DNA of 64,000 bases from Octopus vulgaris (GCA_951406725.2 OX597821.1:98332001-98396000); one strand, 5' to 3'; numbered from the stretch's first letter, positions 35,931-50,479 are shown. Notes: generated by a model not told the origin, from the letters alone. Program-made: numbers and translations.

Positions 35931-38541
35931 ATGAAGGCAACTGCTTCAACAATATGTAAATATCTATACTTTGCCCCAAAAGAATACTCCCACCCAAGTT
36001 ACTACAATAAGCAAGATGTAACAAGTAAAGGGTTGTGCCCCTAGATAGGGTACATGACTGATTACCCCAGTTTGCTTGGTTGACAAGGGATTACATTCTA
36101 AATTGAAATTTGAGTAGTTTTTAGTATAAAAGGGTATTTAAATATGAAAATAAAAACAGTCATCATAGTATGATTAAAAAAATAAAGCAAAAACTAGATT
36201 TTTTTTTAAAATCTAAAATATTGATTTATTTCTAATTCTTGAGGAAAACTCACATCCTTCACCCGTCTTTCTCACTCATTTCTGTTTTCAGACTTGGAAC
36301 TTGTACAACATTGGCTGCAACTCACATGGGACTTCATTCAGGCAGATCAATACTAACCTCACCTTAAATACCTTACGCATAAAAGAAAACAAATATTATA
36401 TAAAATGGTGGAAATAGGGTGAAAAAAAAAACCGGGGGAGACTAAGATTTAAAAAGAAAAGCTTTTTTTTTCCCTCATTTTGTTTAAAACCCCCAAAGAA
36501 TAAAATTTAAAAAAACATCTGCCAAATTCCTGCTAAAACATCTTCAAATATAATTTTAATAGATTTGAAACTCCCTTTACATTATGTGAGTGTGTGTGTG
36601 CATTTTCTTCCTCATCCAGCCATTAACCATCTTTTCCATATTATTGATCCAACTTTCCTACTAATCTTCTATACCATCATCACCATATAGGACATCCAAC
36701 CCCTACCACAGCTGCCACCCTATCCTTTAAGATCTGCTGGATTGAGTAACAATGGTATCAACTAGCTCTCTCTTTTCTAGTTGCTACTTTAGAATTGTTC
36801 CATATGGAATGAGGGGGGGGGGGGGTGAAAAGCAGAAAAATTGATTTCTACCATGAAGAATCAGATGCTTCAAGGAAGAAGCGCATTTTTTTTTCTTTCT
36901 CATTTATTTACTTTTTAGGTCATTGAATCCCCCATCCCCACTGCTGAGTCCCCTTCAGCTTTCCCAACCAAACAGAAAAAAAAAAAGAGGAAAAAAAAAA
37001 CTTGGGGTTTAAATGTTTTCAATTCAGTCATTCAGGTTTCATCACTCAATTTTGGGATTTTAAAAAAATTCTTATTATTTCACTTTTTTTTTTTTTTTTT
37101 TTTGCATGTTAGCATGGACAGGATGCATTTGGAAAATTTATACATTTACACACACGTATATATATATATACATATTTCTTGAGGTCTTCTGTTTCTGATA
37201 CCAACACAATTTAATATTGGTATTGTCACTGTTTATAGCTCCAGTCACACCTGATCCAGCAGATCCATGATCAAAAGGGATGCAATCAAACCAACTCTCA
37301 ATCCTACATTATCCAACATGTTTGAGCTGTTGTTTTTCTTTTCTTTTTCTAAGACATTAAGGTTATAAAATTTGAGACAGATTTTGCTGCTATTTCTAAC
37401 AAATTAAGCAACCATAATGATGCTTCCTGTTTGTATTGATTGCACACTGCAATATCATATCTTCCTAATTAGAGTAAAATCCCCAATCAATGCCAGGATG
37501 AGTCATTGAACCCAGTTTTAGATTTCAAAATTTTCACAGGAAATTGTAAACTAGTAAAAAGTATTGAACTTGTGTTGATAAGTGTTCGACATTTCTTCAT
37601 TTTTCTGGGTTTTAAATGAATCCTGACTAAGCAGACCTCAAATCAAAGCTATTCCAGCTATCATCATCATCATCCTCATTTAGCGTCCGCTTCCCATGCT
37701 AGCATGGGTTGGACGGTTCAACTGGAGTCTGGGAGGCCAGAAGGCTGCACCAGGCCCAGTCTGATCTGGCAGTGTTTCTACGGCTGGATGCCCTTCCTAA
37801 CGCCAACCACTCCGTGAGTGTAGTGGGTGCTTTTTACGTGCCACCCGCACAGGTGCCAGACGGAGCTGGCAAACAGCCATGGATGGATGGTGCTTTTTAC
37901 GTGCCACTAGCACGGGGGCCAGGCGAGGCTGGCAACGGCCACGATCGGATGGTGCTTTTTACGTGCCACCGGCACGGGGGCCAGGCGAGGCTGGCAACAG
38001 CCACAAATTGTTTACTCAGGTAGTGTACATAGTACTGTATTATCCAAGGTGTCCATTTTTAAGACACTAAATAGAGTTCAATTTGAGAGATTTGGCAACC
38101 ATTTCTAGCAAATCAAATAGCCGCATAGAGGCTCTGTAGTTGGTTTGACGCAGGAAGATGAAATGGTGCCAACAAGCATTTGTTTTTAATTAGAAGTTCT
38201 TACATTCTTTTATAAACATAAATTTATGACAAAAAGCAAAAAAACAGCTGAATCTTTCCACTACCAATTTATAATTCAATATTCGAAGATACTAAAGCAT
38301 CAATGAATTACATTCATTTATTATTTTGCTTTTTAATACGTCAGCATGAATGGAAATGGCTTTTCAGCAAAAAGTGTACATATATTGGTGGTGCAATTGA
38401 TTTTTAGGAAAAACTAGATGTCTGCTACCCCTATCCCACCTGCTGTTCTCCTTTGCTACTCAACCAGCAAACAAAGCTTTAACTTCTTTTTGGTATTTAG
38501 ATAGGACAAGGTTTGTTTGGCTGCATGGCTACAACCATCTT

Positions 38542-38893
38542 AGTTAGTTAGTTAGTTGGTTAATTTTTGGCTCAAAAAGCAAAAAGCAAGGCCATGTAGG
38601 GGGACATGGAGTTATGTACAGGGTGGTGTTCATGTAAAGAGTTCAGGCCACTTGAGGTCAAGGGAGACTTTGAACAAAGCGGTCGTCGGCATCTTCACCA
38701 TCTCGTCTGGTAGCTTATTCCACGGATCCGCAACCTGGACGGAGAAAGCCCCTCTCCTTCGATTGAGATGAAACCGTCGCAGATAGAGCTTTTCGGAATG
38801 ACCCCGCAGCCGACGCTCTGGAGCAGGAGTGAAGAACAGCTCTTTCGAGAGGTTACACTTTCCGCTTATGATGTTGTGAGCGAGAATGAGATC
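38542..38893 (-). mobile_element. CR1/L2-group LINE 3' fragment
   Basis: Third copy of this family, with TSD ACCATCTT at 38534-38541 and 38894-38901. Explains the ORF 38630..39019. Confidence 0.85.
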
Positions 38894-40919
38894 ACCATCT
38901 TGCTGTACCCAGGAACACAACACTATGATTGTAGTGAAACTTGAAATCAGGATAATAATCTTGTAATGGGTAACAAGAAACATAATAGTGAGAAGTATAA
39001 ATAACTGAGTGGTAAACACTTAACAAAGTAGCACCAATGAACAGAGAATACGGCTGTCGATAGATCTAAAAACTATATGAAACTCATGAAACCCTAACCT
39101 TCTAAATCCTTAAAATAGTTACAATTCAATATTCTGCTCCCTTCTCAGTTTGGATTGTTTAGAGAGAGAGAAAAAAAAAAAAACTAACAAGGGAGCGGAG
39201 AAAGATTGGTTGCAATCTACAAATCCAACATTGGTGTAATAATAATTACAAAATACACCAATAAACCACATGGCTCTGGGTTCAGTCTCACTGCGCAAGT
39301 GTCTTCTACTATAGCCTCGGGCCAACCAAAGCCTTGTGAGTGGATTTGGTAGACGGAAACTGAAAGAAGCCCGTCGTATATATGTATATATATATATATG
39401 CGTGTGTGTGTTTGTGTGTCTGTGTTTGTCCCCCTAGCATTGCTTGACAACCGATGTTGGTGTGTTTATGTCCCCATTACTTAGCAGTTCGGCAAAAGAG
39501 ACCGATAGAATAAGTACTGGGCTTACGAAAGAATAAGTCCCGGGGTTGAGTTGCTCGATTAAAGGCGGTGCTCCAGCATGGCCGCAGTCAAATGACTGAA
39601 ACAAGTAAAAGAGTAAAAGAGAGTAAACCAACCAAACCAATAAGAAACCTCTCTTTATTCAATGATTGGTGATATAGAGATTTTTTTAAAGTTATTTCAG
39701 TTCTATCTGTACGTGTAGCTGACTAACAGCAGAAAATGGGAAGAGGTGTACCTAAAAAGGCAACTGTCTTAACAATATGCAAAATAGTCGTAATTTGTCC
39801 CCAAAAGGAATCCTCCCACTTATGTCAGTATAAAATAGATGCAGCATCATGTTCTGAGCAGCATCCTTATAGAATGTAATATGTAATATATATATTTCTT
39901 TATTGCCTACAAGGGGCTAAACATAGAGGGGACAAACAAGGACAGACAAAGGGATTAAGTCGATTACATCGAACACCCCAGTGCGAAACTGGTACTTTAT
40001 CGACCCCTATAGAATGTAATATGTAATATAGGCCCAGACATGACTGTGTGGATAAGAAGTTTGCTTCCCAACCACATGGTTTCAGGTTCAGTCCCACTGT
40101 ATGACACTTTGGGCAAGTGTCTTCTACTAAAGCCCTGAGTCAACCAAAGCTGTGAGTGGATTTGGTAAACAGTGTGTGTATTGATGTCACCTTGTCTCAA
40201 CATCACAAGATAGAGTTGTAAATGTGGCCAGTGCCAAACTAGCAATGCACTTTGTTCCCAATCCTCCATATTAATATGTCTGGACATGGGATACTAGTAC
40301 CTTACTTGGAAACATATGAGGATTGATGACAGGAAAGGCACCTGGTCATAGAAAATCTGTCTTAATGAATTCAATACAAGCATAGAAAAGTATACATTAA
40401 AATGATGAAAATTGAGATGTGTGGAAGGACACTGCTTCCTTGGTCTATGACAAAACATGTCAACATGGGAATTTATAGGAAGATAAAAGCATCTTAGACT
40501 GCATCTAAATATAAGATCACCTGACTCATTATCACAGAGCTACTTGCCAATACAAACAAACCTCTGGCCCACAAATCTCTTCTCACTCTGCTTTTTCTAA
40601 CATTGTCACAGTGGCATCTGTTCCTCAAAAGGTATTACTGGGTCGTAAGGCGACGAGCTGGCAGAAACGTTAGCACGTCGGGCGAAATGTTTAGTGGTAC
40701 TTCGTCTGCCGCTACGTCTTGAGTTCAAATTCCGCCGAGGTCGACTTTGCCTTTCATCCTTTCGAGGTCAATAAATTAAATACCAGTTACGCACTGGGGT
40801 CGATATAATCGACAATCCGTTTGTCTGTCCTTGTTTGTCCCCTCTGTGTTTAGCCCCTTGTGGGTAGTAAAGAAATAGGTATTACTGGGTCATCTTGTGT
40901 CATCTTCAACCAAGCCCTA

Positions 40920-42080
40920 ATTATGGTTTCAAATTTTGGCACAAGGCCAACAAGTTCAAAGGAAGGGACAAGTCTGTGTAATCAACCCTAGTAATCAACT
41001 GGTACTTATTGTATTGACCCTGAAAGGATGAATGGCAAAGTTGATTTCAGTGGGATGTAGAACCTAAAGACAAAGGGCCTCTAAGTATTTTGCTCATTGT
41101 GCTAACAATTCTGTTAGCTCACTGCCCTCACTTAAGCCCTAATAATGATTTCTAAGCATGAATTTGTAAGAAAAGACTAATCAACCATGACACTGAACGG
41201 AACTATTTTATCGACTCAATGGAAAAGTGTGTAATTAAAATTCCCTTGGGCATTCATTAATACTGCACACTCGCCACCAGATTAATAACGGTTTCTAACT
41301 TTAGGCACAAGGCCAGTAATTAATTATGAAGTGAGAGGATTAGTTGATAGCCTCAAACCTAGTACTTGGCTAGTAATTTATCTTATCACTCTTTAAAAAT
41401 GAACATTGTCAAATTTGACCTCTGAGTGTAAATAATAATTACAATAATAATAGGTTTTCATTTGGTATAAAGCCAGTAATTATGAGGGAATAAGGTTACT
41501 TGATATCAATGACTCCAGTATTAAAATAATTTATTTTATTGACCCTGAAAAGATGAAATGTAAATTTGGCCCCAACAGAATTTGAACTCAGAATGCAAGA
41601 ATCCAAAACAAATACCAGAGGGTATTTTTGCTAGAACTCTAATAATTCCACCAACCATCACTCTTAATTGTTTCTAATTTAGGGACAAGTGCCAGCAATT
41701 TTGAGGTGATGCGGTTAATATGATTACTCCTTATGTTTGATTGATACTATATATTATCAACCCTGAAGGGATGAAGGACATAGCTGACCTTTGATCTGAA
41801 CTCGGAATGTAAGGAGCCAGAATAAATACCTCAAGGTATTTTATCCAATACTAATAGTCCTGACAATCAACCATTCTAATACTAAAACTGTTTTCTAACA
41901 TAAGAAGAAGACCATAAATTTCAAGGGTGAGATATAGTTGAGAAATCAATCCACTCACTTAACAGGCACTTTATTTTATTGACTTTTGAAACGATGACAT
42001 TTAAAGCTGATCTCAACTGGATTTGAATTTAACAAAGTGATGACAACTAAATACAGCAAGGTATTTTATTGATTCTGCTA
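40920..42080 (-). repeat. Head-to-tail array of degenerate SINE-B-like units
   Basis: The motif GTTTC(A/T)AATTT.GG.ACAAGGCCAG restarts near 40925, 41290, 41453, 41670 and 41890. Most units are followed by GACCC.GAAAGGATGAA and GAATTTGAACTC-like blocks. Confidence 0.65.
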
Positions 42081-45000
42081 TTGCAAGTGATACGAAGAAA
42101 CACAGAGCAGGACCAAAAATCACTTACAGCATTTAATTACTAAATCTCAGTTACATTCTGAGTTTACATTTTGTCAGTGTTGATATTTATCCCTCTGGAC
42201 TTAAAAATAAAAATACATTATCAGTCAACTACTAGAAATATATTCTCCCCTAAAACGTGTGGCCTTGCGCCAATTGGAGAAATTATTATTTTTAAGTGTT
42301 GTCAATTTTGGCAAGTTATTTTCAGAACATTCCAGACAATAATGTCAGTTAATTATTTCAAGCTTTCCTCGCAAAGGTCATGGGCACTGACCCTCTTCTC
42401 TCCCCTTTCTAAAATAAAAAAAGAAACAAAGTTATGCCAACATCTAAGGCCTCTATTTCATCCCCTAACACAAATGAGTCGTCTACTGAGAGACTCATTG
42501 CTGGTCAGAATAAAAATTTTTCCTAATTATCAGGTAATTTTTGTAATTACCAGATTCATCATTTCTCATCTAAATTTTTACTTTATTTTATGGTATCATG
42601 TGGTGTGGAGTTATACATTTATTTTACTTATTTCAGTTATTGGACTACAACCATGCTGGGGCACCACCTTGAAGGATTTAATTGATTAACTTGACTCCAG
42701 TAATTAAGTGTGGTACATATTCTATCAATCTCTCTGCTAAGTTACAGGAATGTAAACAAATGAACAACTGTCAGGTGAGAAACAAACACAAAGATGTGCA
42801 CACACAGTGTACCAAGTGCAGACCTTACCATGGGCCCAGAGAAGGCAAAATGTGACCATTACTGTATAACTCTCACTTGCATTTCTCATATCAGTACATG
42901 AAGGCCAAACATTCAGTAATGTCCCAACGACTCAATGAAACATTGAATCTAAATATATAATTCGGATATTTATAGCTCTAAAAACAAAAAGGTCCAAAGA
43001 ACAACAGTTTGTGGCATGCATCTGGACAATCTGGTTTGGTTTGTTGTAGACCATTGCAGGTGCTAACATTTCCTTCAGTTTTTCTTTTCAAGTGTATTTT
43101 GGACATGAAACAAAAATAGATTTGGTTTTTTGCCATAACATTTGGAGAAAAAGCTGAGGTGAGAATTAGATCCAACAGACCCATCATTAAAAGATTTCCA
43201 GTATTGACTTGCCAATTTATTTAATTTTAGATATATTGTGTATCTGAACACACATTATGTGAGAATAGTTGTTCTCTACATCAGGTAGATACTCCCCTGG
43301 CCCCTCCTCTTTCAGATTACATGCAAAAACATTTAGAAAAAGGCAGAAGCAAAACAACATTTTATCAAAGTTCTATGATAAACAGTACATTTGCTTGTGA
43401 ACAATTAAGCAGAACCTCTCTCTCTCTCTCTCTGTTTCTCTCACTCACACAGTTCTGATTCTGTCAACTGCAGTGTCCTCGGGGACTTCAGCTGCCAAAT
43501 CAAATTATAGCATACTATATACATAGCATACTGTGTTCTGTCTCCAAAGCTCTCCATCTTTGTAACTGACTGAACTGCAGGGAATGCCCTACTAGATTTT
43601 CTAGATATCACTGAGATTAACTTAAGGCCTTGCAGTAAGTAGTGACAACTACCTGGCTGTCCAATCAGCTCATAGATAGTTCAAGTTTAAGTGTGCCACA
43701 GGTTGGCATGAAAATAAATGTGACCAAGGCAAAAACGTACCCACTGGTATCTCAAGAAAATGTCCCTATTATACTTCAAAGGTGAAATTCTGGAACAGTC
43801 ACGGATTACATCAAGTATCTTGGTATTACTTTTAATACTCCTGACCAGTTTTAAGAGGAGATAAATATCTGAATGAACATGCATGGATGGAAGGCACTAA
43901 AGATGGTGTAAACAGTAAAGTGGGCAACTGGAGGCATGGATTCAGATCAGGCCCTTGATTTGAAATTAACTTTCTTCAGTCTTGGAAGACATGATAAAAA
44001 AAATTTAAAAAAAGATGGGGAGAGAGATCATAGGTGTTGTTCTTCCATTCCCAATTAGGAGGTTTGAAAAAAATGGAAAATTAGAAAAGCTTTTTTTTTT
44101 TTTTAAAGTTTTAGCTTCAACCACTCAAAGAGGAAAGAGCAGTACACAGGATCTTATTTTTTTTAGGACCTCCGACACTCTTTAGAGGAAATGAGGAAAT
44201 TATTTCCAACGAGAGATCTCAGCTGATACTTGCAACAGAATGAACCCTAACCCAAGCACTACGTAGCAGTGTTAAATTGAACAATGAATTAAGTCTAGCA
44301 TCCAAGAGGTTAAAACATAAAAGAACCAGAAGAAGTAACATAAGGCATCTTGTCCAATGCAGTATCAATTTTGCCATTCCACCATCTTGTACTGGGACTT
44401 TCAAAATGACAAAGTTGTCATTATGAGGATTTGAACTCAGAATCATTAGAACAGAGGGACAAAATGCATTACAGTATCTGTTCAGGCTTTGTGCTCTTGG
44501 TCCCTAAGTGTGTGTATATTGTCTGTCACTGGAATCACAAAAATGGCTGATGGTCTCTGTGACAGGTGTCTGTAATCAACAGGTGTGGTTGTCTACTGTT
44601 GCAATACTGTGGATTCACTTGTAAGAGATGGTTCAAGTTATCATGGGAGAAAAAGCAACACTTGTATACAATGCATACCATTTCAACATGTGTATAATGT
44701 AACAATTTTAATACAAAACATTGGAGCCTGCAATGGGTGGGTGGGAGAGGCTAGCATTATCGCTGACTAAAAACAAAAAAAATATTGATTTTTTTTTTGT
44801 TCAAGAAATAGGTGGCATTGTATTTTGAGGTTGCATTGTACATGTAAATACAGCACACAAGTACACACACAAAACATGCATGCACACATACACATACATA
44901 CACAGTGAGTGTGTGTGTGTGTGTATACACACACAAACATGCTTACAGATATCTACACACACACACACACACACACAATTCTCTTAGTTGTCACAAAGGC

Positions 45001-45306
45001 AAAAAACGCAGGGACGTCACAGAGACAAACAGTGGGAGGGAAGGTGTTACAAAGAAACAGTTATGAAAAACCAATCATAAAAAAAAAACCCCAATGATTT
45101 TGAATGCACAAGCAGTCTCCCATAGCGATACGTCAATCTTCTTTTTCTTTCTTTTCATTGTCCAACTACAGGTGTTGAATCACTCTTCTGGTAACAGAGA
45201 GCACCAAATTCTCAGCATATTGGAACTGTTTACAAAATACCCAAACTTGATCGTATTCATATACATTAGACATCACAAGAACTCGATCGTATCATTAGAG
45301 ATCTCT

Positions 45307-45309
<3 letters not shown>

Positions 45310-45375
<66 letters not shown>

Positions 45376-45551
45376 TGTGTGTGTGTGTGTATATAGGGAT
45401 TATTACATTATTTTTTTTCATCTACAATAAATGCTCATTTATGATACGCCCACACACGAGAGGATATCAGCATGTATTCTCATATACAATGGATGTGAAA
45501 TATCCATTAGCAGATTCTGATATAACGCGTGTTTAGTTCGTGATGAAAACG

Positions 45552-45596
<45 letters not shown>

Positions 45597-45736
45597 GAAA
45601 TAGGTAGATAGATAGATGAGTGTGCATGTAAATATCAGTGTATATCCCATATATATGCAATACGTGTGCATAGTGTCTCTCGCGACTTGAGTCTCACGCC
45701 CATATATGTGTATGGGTGTATAGTATAGTATGTGAG

Positions 45737-45796
<60 letters not shown>

Positions 45797-45815
45797 TGTG
45801 TGTGTGCGCGCGCGC
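45310..45815. repeat. Microsatellite cluster (TA)n, (TG)n, (CG)n; representative of many in the window
   Basis: Directly visible. Other long tracts lie near 19535, 23173, 59755 and 61240. Confidence 0.95.
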
Positions 45816-45982
45816 GTATATCCATCTTATATCCATTAGTAGATACGATATAAAATGACAGATGTGACATTCATTTATCATAAACATACCCCGAGGAATC
45901 CCGTTAGCAGACACGATATAACATGTTGCATACAATCAATGACATGTGACTTTAGCGTGTGTGAGTGTGTGTGTGTGAGAGA

Positions 45983-46018
<36 letters not shown>

Positions 46019-46952
46019 CAAATGATGTGCAGCAGGTCAATTTATGTGATGAACTTAGAGAAGACAGAAACAAAGCGAAGGCAAAATGTGCCCACCCTCC
46101 TAATTTGTATTTTACATTCCACCAAGCCCAACGGCAATTTTAATATAGAACTGGCAGGGAATTTTTAGACTGTAGCGTACAAGGATTGCAACATCAAAAT
46201 GAATGCAAAGAACCCAATCTTCGGCGAAAATACTGCCTAATAATTATTATAATAATAAATGCATAGAGTCCGTGCGCGAGCGAGTACACACACACACACA
46301 CAATTTGCCTCGGCTCCGAGGAGTATATTGAAAAGTGAAATTGAACTTGAAAAAAAACACAAAAATTAACGTTATTATGATTGACGAATCAGTAGTATTC
46401 AACATCGACAACATATAATATTTATAATACATATAAGTACGTATGCTTATTTACAGTGTTGTTGTGAATACACATAAATGCGCGTGTGCCAATATATGTA
46501 TTATTAATTGTGAGTGCAAATATATATTTCACACACACACACACACAAATGAATGAATGAATGAATGCGCGCGTGTGTGTTACGATAAAAAAAAAAATAT
46601 TTAATGCAAACAATATGAAACTCATTTAATGTAGTGGATTGGTCGAGTCTCGTTTTTCCTATATTCATGTTTACATGGGTATAAACGTTGAACAGTGTTT
46701 ATATGCACTCATAAAAGCCACATACACAGATGCCATAGAAAGACATGCAATATAAACAGATATTTACAAAGAGTATATATATATATATATATATATAGTA
46801 TACATGCAGAGTATCAATCAGATATATTAAATATGAAATAGAAGATGTGTAATATAATTATGGTTTGGTGTGCGTGGTGGTGTCGTAGGCTGGTTTAGTT
46901 TGTAAGGTAAATGAAATGTGGGGTGAAATCTTCACAAGACATCTTTTCCTAC

Positions 46953-47021
46953 CTGACATTGAAGAGGGAAGAAAAAACATGACTGCGTTGACGAAGAAGA
47001 CATACATGGAAGAAGACCCAT
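46953..47021 (-). CDS. Candidate upstream coding exon of FAK (MGLLPCMSSSSTQSCFFFPLQCQ)
   Basis: First in-frame ATG after a stop, 23 codons, ending CAG|gtagga in phase 0. This is compatible with the open 5' part of exon 26921-26700. No homology support. Confidence 0.3.
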
Positions 47022-50000
47022 TGAAAGTTCATCGTAGCAAAATGTAAAGCTGTGATTCGAACAACATAGCCGAAGGTGGTGGTGGTGGTGGTGGTGGTGA
47101 TGGTAGTGGTAGTACTATGATGGCAGTGGTGGTGGTGATGATGATAGTGGCGTCGATGATGGTGGTAACAGCTGTGGTGGTGGTGGTGACGATGGTTAAT
47201 TGTTGTATGTGAGACAGAGAGAGAGAGATGAACAATGCAAACTGTATTTTTCAAAACAAAAATCCCTAATTGCAGAAATTATTCCTTATCGTTGTTGCTC
47301 AGATTATTAACAACAGCGGTTATCAAACATCAATGACATCCTGCATAAAATGTCTTATATATTTGTCCGTGTGTATGTGAGACTGAATGTGTAATAAACA
47401 GGAATACAAACAGCAACAGAAAAGCGAGTGGTCACCATTGGAAAGACAGAGCGAGAGGGAGAGAAAGAGGGAGGCAGAGAGATCAGCCAGACCATCACAA
47501 CCAGTAATAGTAATAGTAGTAGTAGTAGTAAGAGCAGCAGCAGCAGCAGCTTAGGTGACACCTCACCTAACAGCTGGAACAGAGAAAGAGATAATGGAGA
47601 GGTGTGAATTGAGGTGATTGCAGTAGGCAACTAGTGTGCGTGTGTGTAAGGAAAGGAGAATGAAAGCATGTAACAGTGCTTATACAATAATTCGAAGATA
47701 AGGCTTTTATTTCACTCCATCCCAAAATACAGAGTTTCTTCAGTTTCTAACACCTCAAAGCGAGAGAGAGAGAGAGAGAGTGATATGCATAGGTGCATGT
47801 GTAAGTGAATAGTTATGATGTGGAGAAAATAGTGTGTGTGTGTGTGTGTATGGAGATAGAGAGAGAAATTCGCAAAGGAAAATGAAGTACTCAATAAGTG
47901 AAGCAGAGTTGTGTATATTCTATTAGAAGCTGAGGTTTCTCAAATCATTTTATGTTGCCGATTATTGGAATAATTTCCAAAGAGAAGCCTTATGATACAT
48001 GCTAGCAACTGTTTTGACAACCAATCAAATCCTGATGACTAATCATATATTGATGTGTTTGTGAATATTTTTGCTTGTACATTGTCACACTACCTTCCAT
48101 GATCAACTGTTTAATCAGCATTGCAAAACTTAACCCTTTCGTCACTGTATTTATATTGAGATGCTCTCTGTTTCTTTCAATTACTTTAAATATAAACAAA
48201 GAATTTAGTAAAACAAGCTTAGTTATCATTCAACTAGTGTCAGGAACATAAATTGTGACTAAGGTTTGGTGGAAGATTTTAATTCAAAACTTAAGAAAAT
48301 AAGACAACAGAGCCAGAGCTGGTTTCAGCCGGGTTGGTAACAAAAGGGTTAAAGTTGACAACCATAAGTATCAGTCCAAGATAGTGGAATGGTGGTGGAA
48401 TTGTTAAAGCTTCATGCAAGACATTTTGCAGTATTTATTTTGGCTCTCTGCTTTTTGATGACTATTCCAGAGGACTATGCTGGTGCCAAGCTGCACTGGC
48501 TTTTGCTTTTCCTTTGGACAATATGGCATGGAGAAAGATGACTTGCATGCATGGGCAACTGCATGGCTTTGATACCACTACCTGGCACCTTTAGTGCCTT
48601 TCATGGAGTCTACTCTATAGCAAGTATTCAGGCTAGCTTTCCAGTTTGAGCATACCTGCCAGTCGATAGGCACCACCTTTCCTTATGATGAAAAAGATTC
48701 ACCCTCATTACACTTCATACTGTATTCCAATTACTTACTCTACCTTAATCTCTTCCTCTCTGACTCGCTCTTATTTTCATTTCCTTTCCTCAAACTGGTA
48801 TTTACTGCATCCACCTAATTCCCATCTCTAATCATACCAGTACCGGTGGCACATAAGAGAACCATCCAAACGTGGCCGTTGCCAGTGCCACCCCAACTGG
48901 CTTCTGTGCCGGTGGCACGTAAAAAGCACCATCCGATCGTGGCCGTTTGCCAGCCTCGTCTGGCACCTGTGCCAGTAGCACATAAAAAGCACCCACTACA
49001 CTCATGGAGTGGTTGGCGTTAGGAAGGGCATCCAGCTGTAGAAACACTGCCAGATCAGACTGGGCCTGGTGCAGCCTTCTGGCTTCCCAGACCCCAGTTG
49101 AACACGTCCAACCCATGACAGCATGGAAAGCGGATGCTAAACGATGATGATCACACTCTTTTTACACTCTAGCACATTTATCTACCCACCCACCTTTTCT
49201 GTTCCTCTATCCCTATTCTCACTTTCTCTTGTACATATCCATTGTACCTTGAGGGTATTCCCCCACCATATCTGACTCTTTCCAATTGTATTCACCTCTT
49301 CACCAAGACACCTGTTCCTCATTCATGTTCTCACATCTTTCAATATTATCCCAATACACTCTGTGAAGTGGTTGGCACTAGGAAGGGCACTTAGCTGTAG
49401 AAATCATGCCAAAGAAGACACTGGAGCTCAGCACAGCCCTTTTGCTAATTGGTTCCTGTTGAACCATTCAACACCTGCTGGCATGGAAAAAGGGGGTCAT
49501 TAAATGATGATCACATGCAGAGATTCTTCATTAAACTGAACCAACTGCCCAAGCTAAATGAATCATCATCATCATCATCATTTATTGTCCGCTTTCCATG
49601 CTAGCATGGGTTGGACGGTTCAACTGGGGTCTGGGAAGCCAGAAGGCTGCACCAGGCCCAGTCTGATCTGGCAATGTTTCTATGGCTGGATGCCCTTCCT
49701 AATGTCAACCACTCCGTGAGTGTAGTGGGTGCTTTTTACATGCCACCGGCACAGGTGCCAGGCGGGGGCCAGGCCAGGCTGGCAACAGCCACAATCGGAT
49801 GGTGCTTTTTACATGCCACCAGCACGGGGGCCAGGCAAAGCTAGCAAAGGCCACGAACGGATGGTGCTTTTACGTGCCACCAATATGGAGGCCCGTCGGG
49901 GCGGCACTGGCAACGGCCACGTTGGAAGGCCATTGAGTCACAGAAACTATGCAAAGTAGACATTGGAGCTCAATGCAGGCAATGGAGCCATCAGATCCTG

Positions 50001-50479
50001 TCAAAACATCCAACTCATGCCAGCATGGAACAAGCACGCTAAATGAAGAAAAATGTATAAAACATCATCTGCTATTTCTTCTTTTAACACTTGGTATGTG
50101 TCTTCCAGCCATGTTCTGAACTCCTCTTCTTTGACATGTATTTCATCTGCCCTCTGAGAATATATTTCATCTGCCCAATGAGAATACCAGTGAAGGCTCA
50201 GTGGTTAGAGCATTGTGGTCAGAAACACGAGGTAGTGGGTTTGATTCCTGGACCAGGCTCTGTATTGTGTTCTTGAGCAAGACACTTTATTTCACATTGC
50301 TGGTCTTCCATAAAAAAACAACCTTGCTTGGCATGTGCCTGGGAGGGTAGCTTTCTAGATGCAATCCCATGGTCATTCATCACCAGAGGAAGTCTTCTTA
50401 CTTTACTTTGTCTTGAACTCCACAAAATTGTATTCTACCAATACACCATCTAGAAATTCTTTTCAGAGATGGCTAGAAT

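Noticed and set aside
42171-42689. Longest ORF in the track (172 aa)
   Set aside because: Non-ATG start, AT-rich low-information composition, overlap with degenerate SINE sequence, and no recognisable motif.
46949-47630. His-, Thr-, Pro- and Leu-rich ORFs
   Set aside because: Products of (GGT)n, (GAT)n, (TAG)n and (CAG)n repeats.
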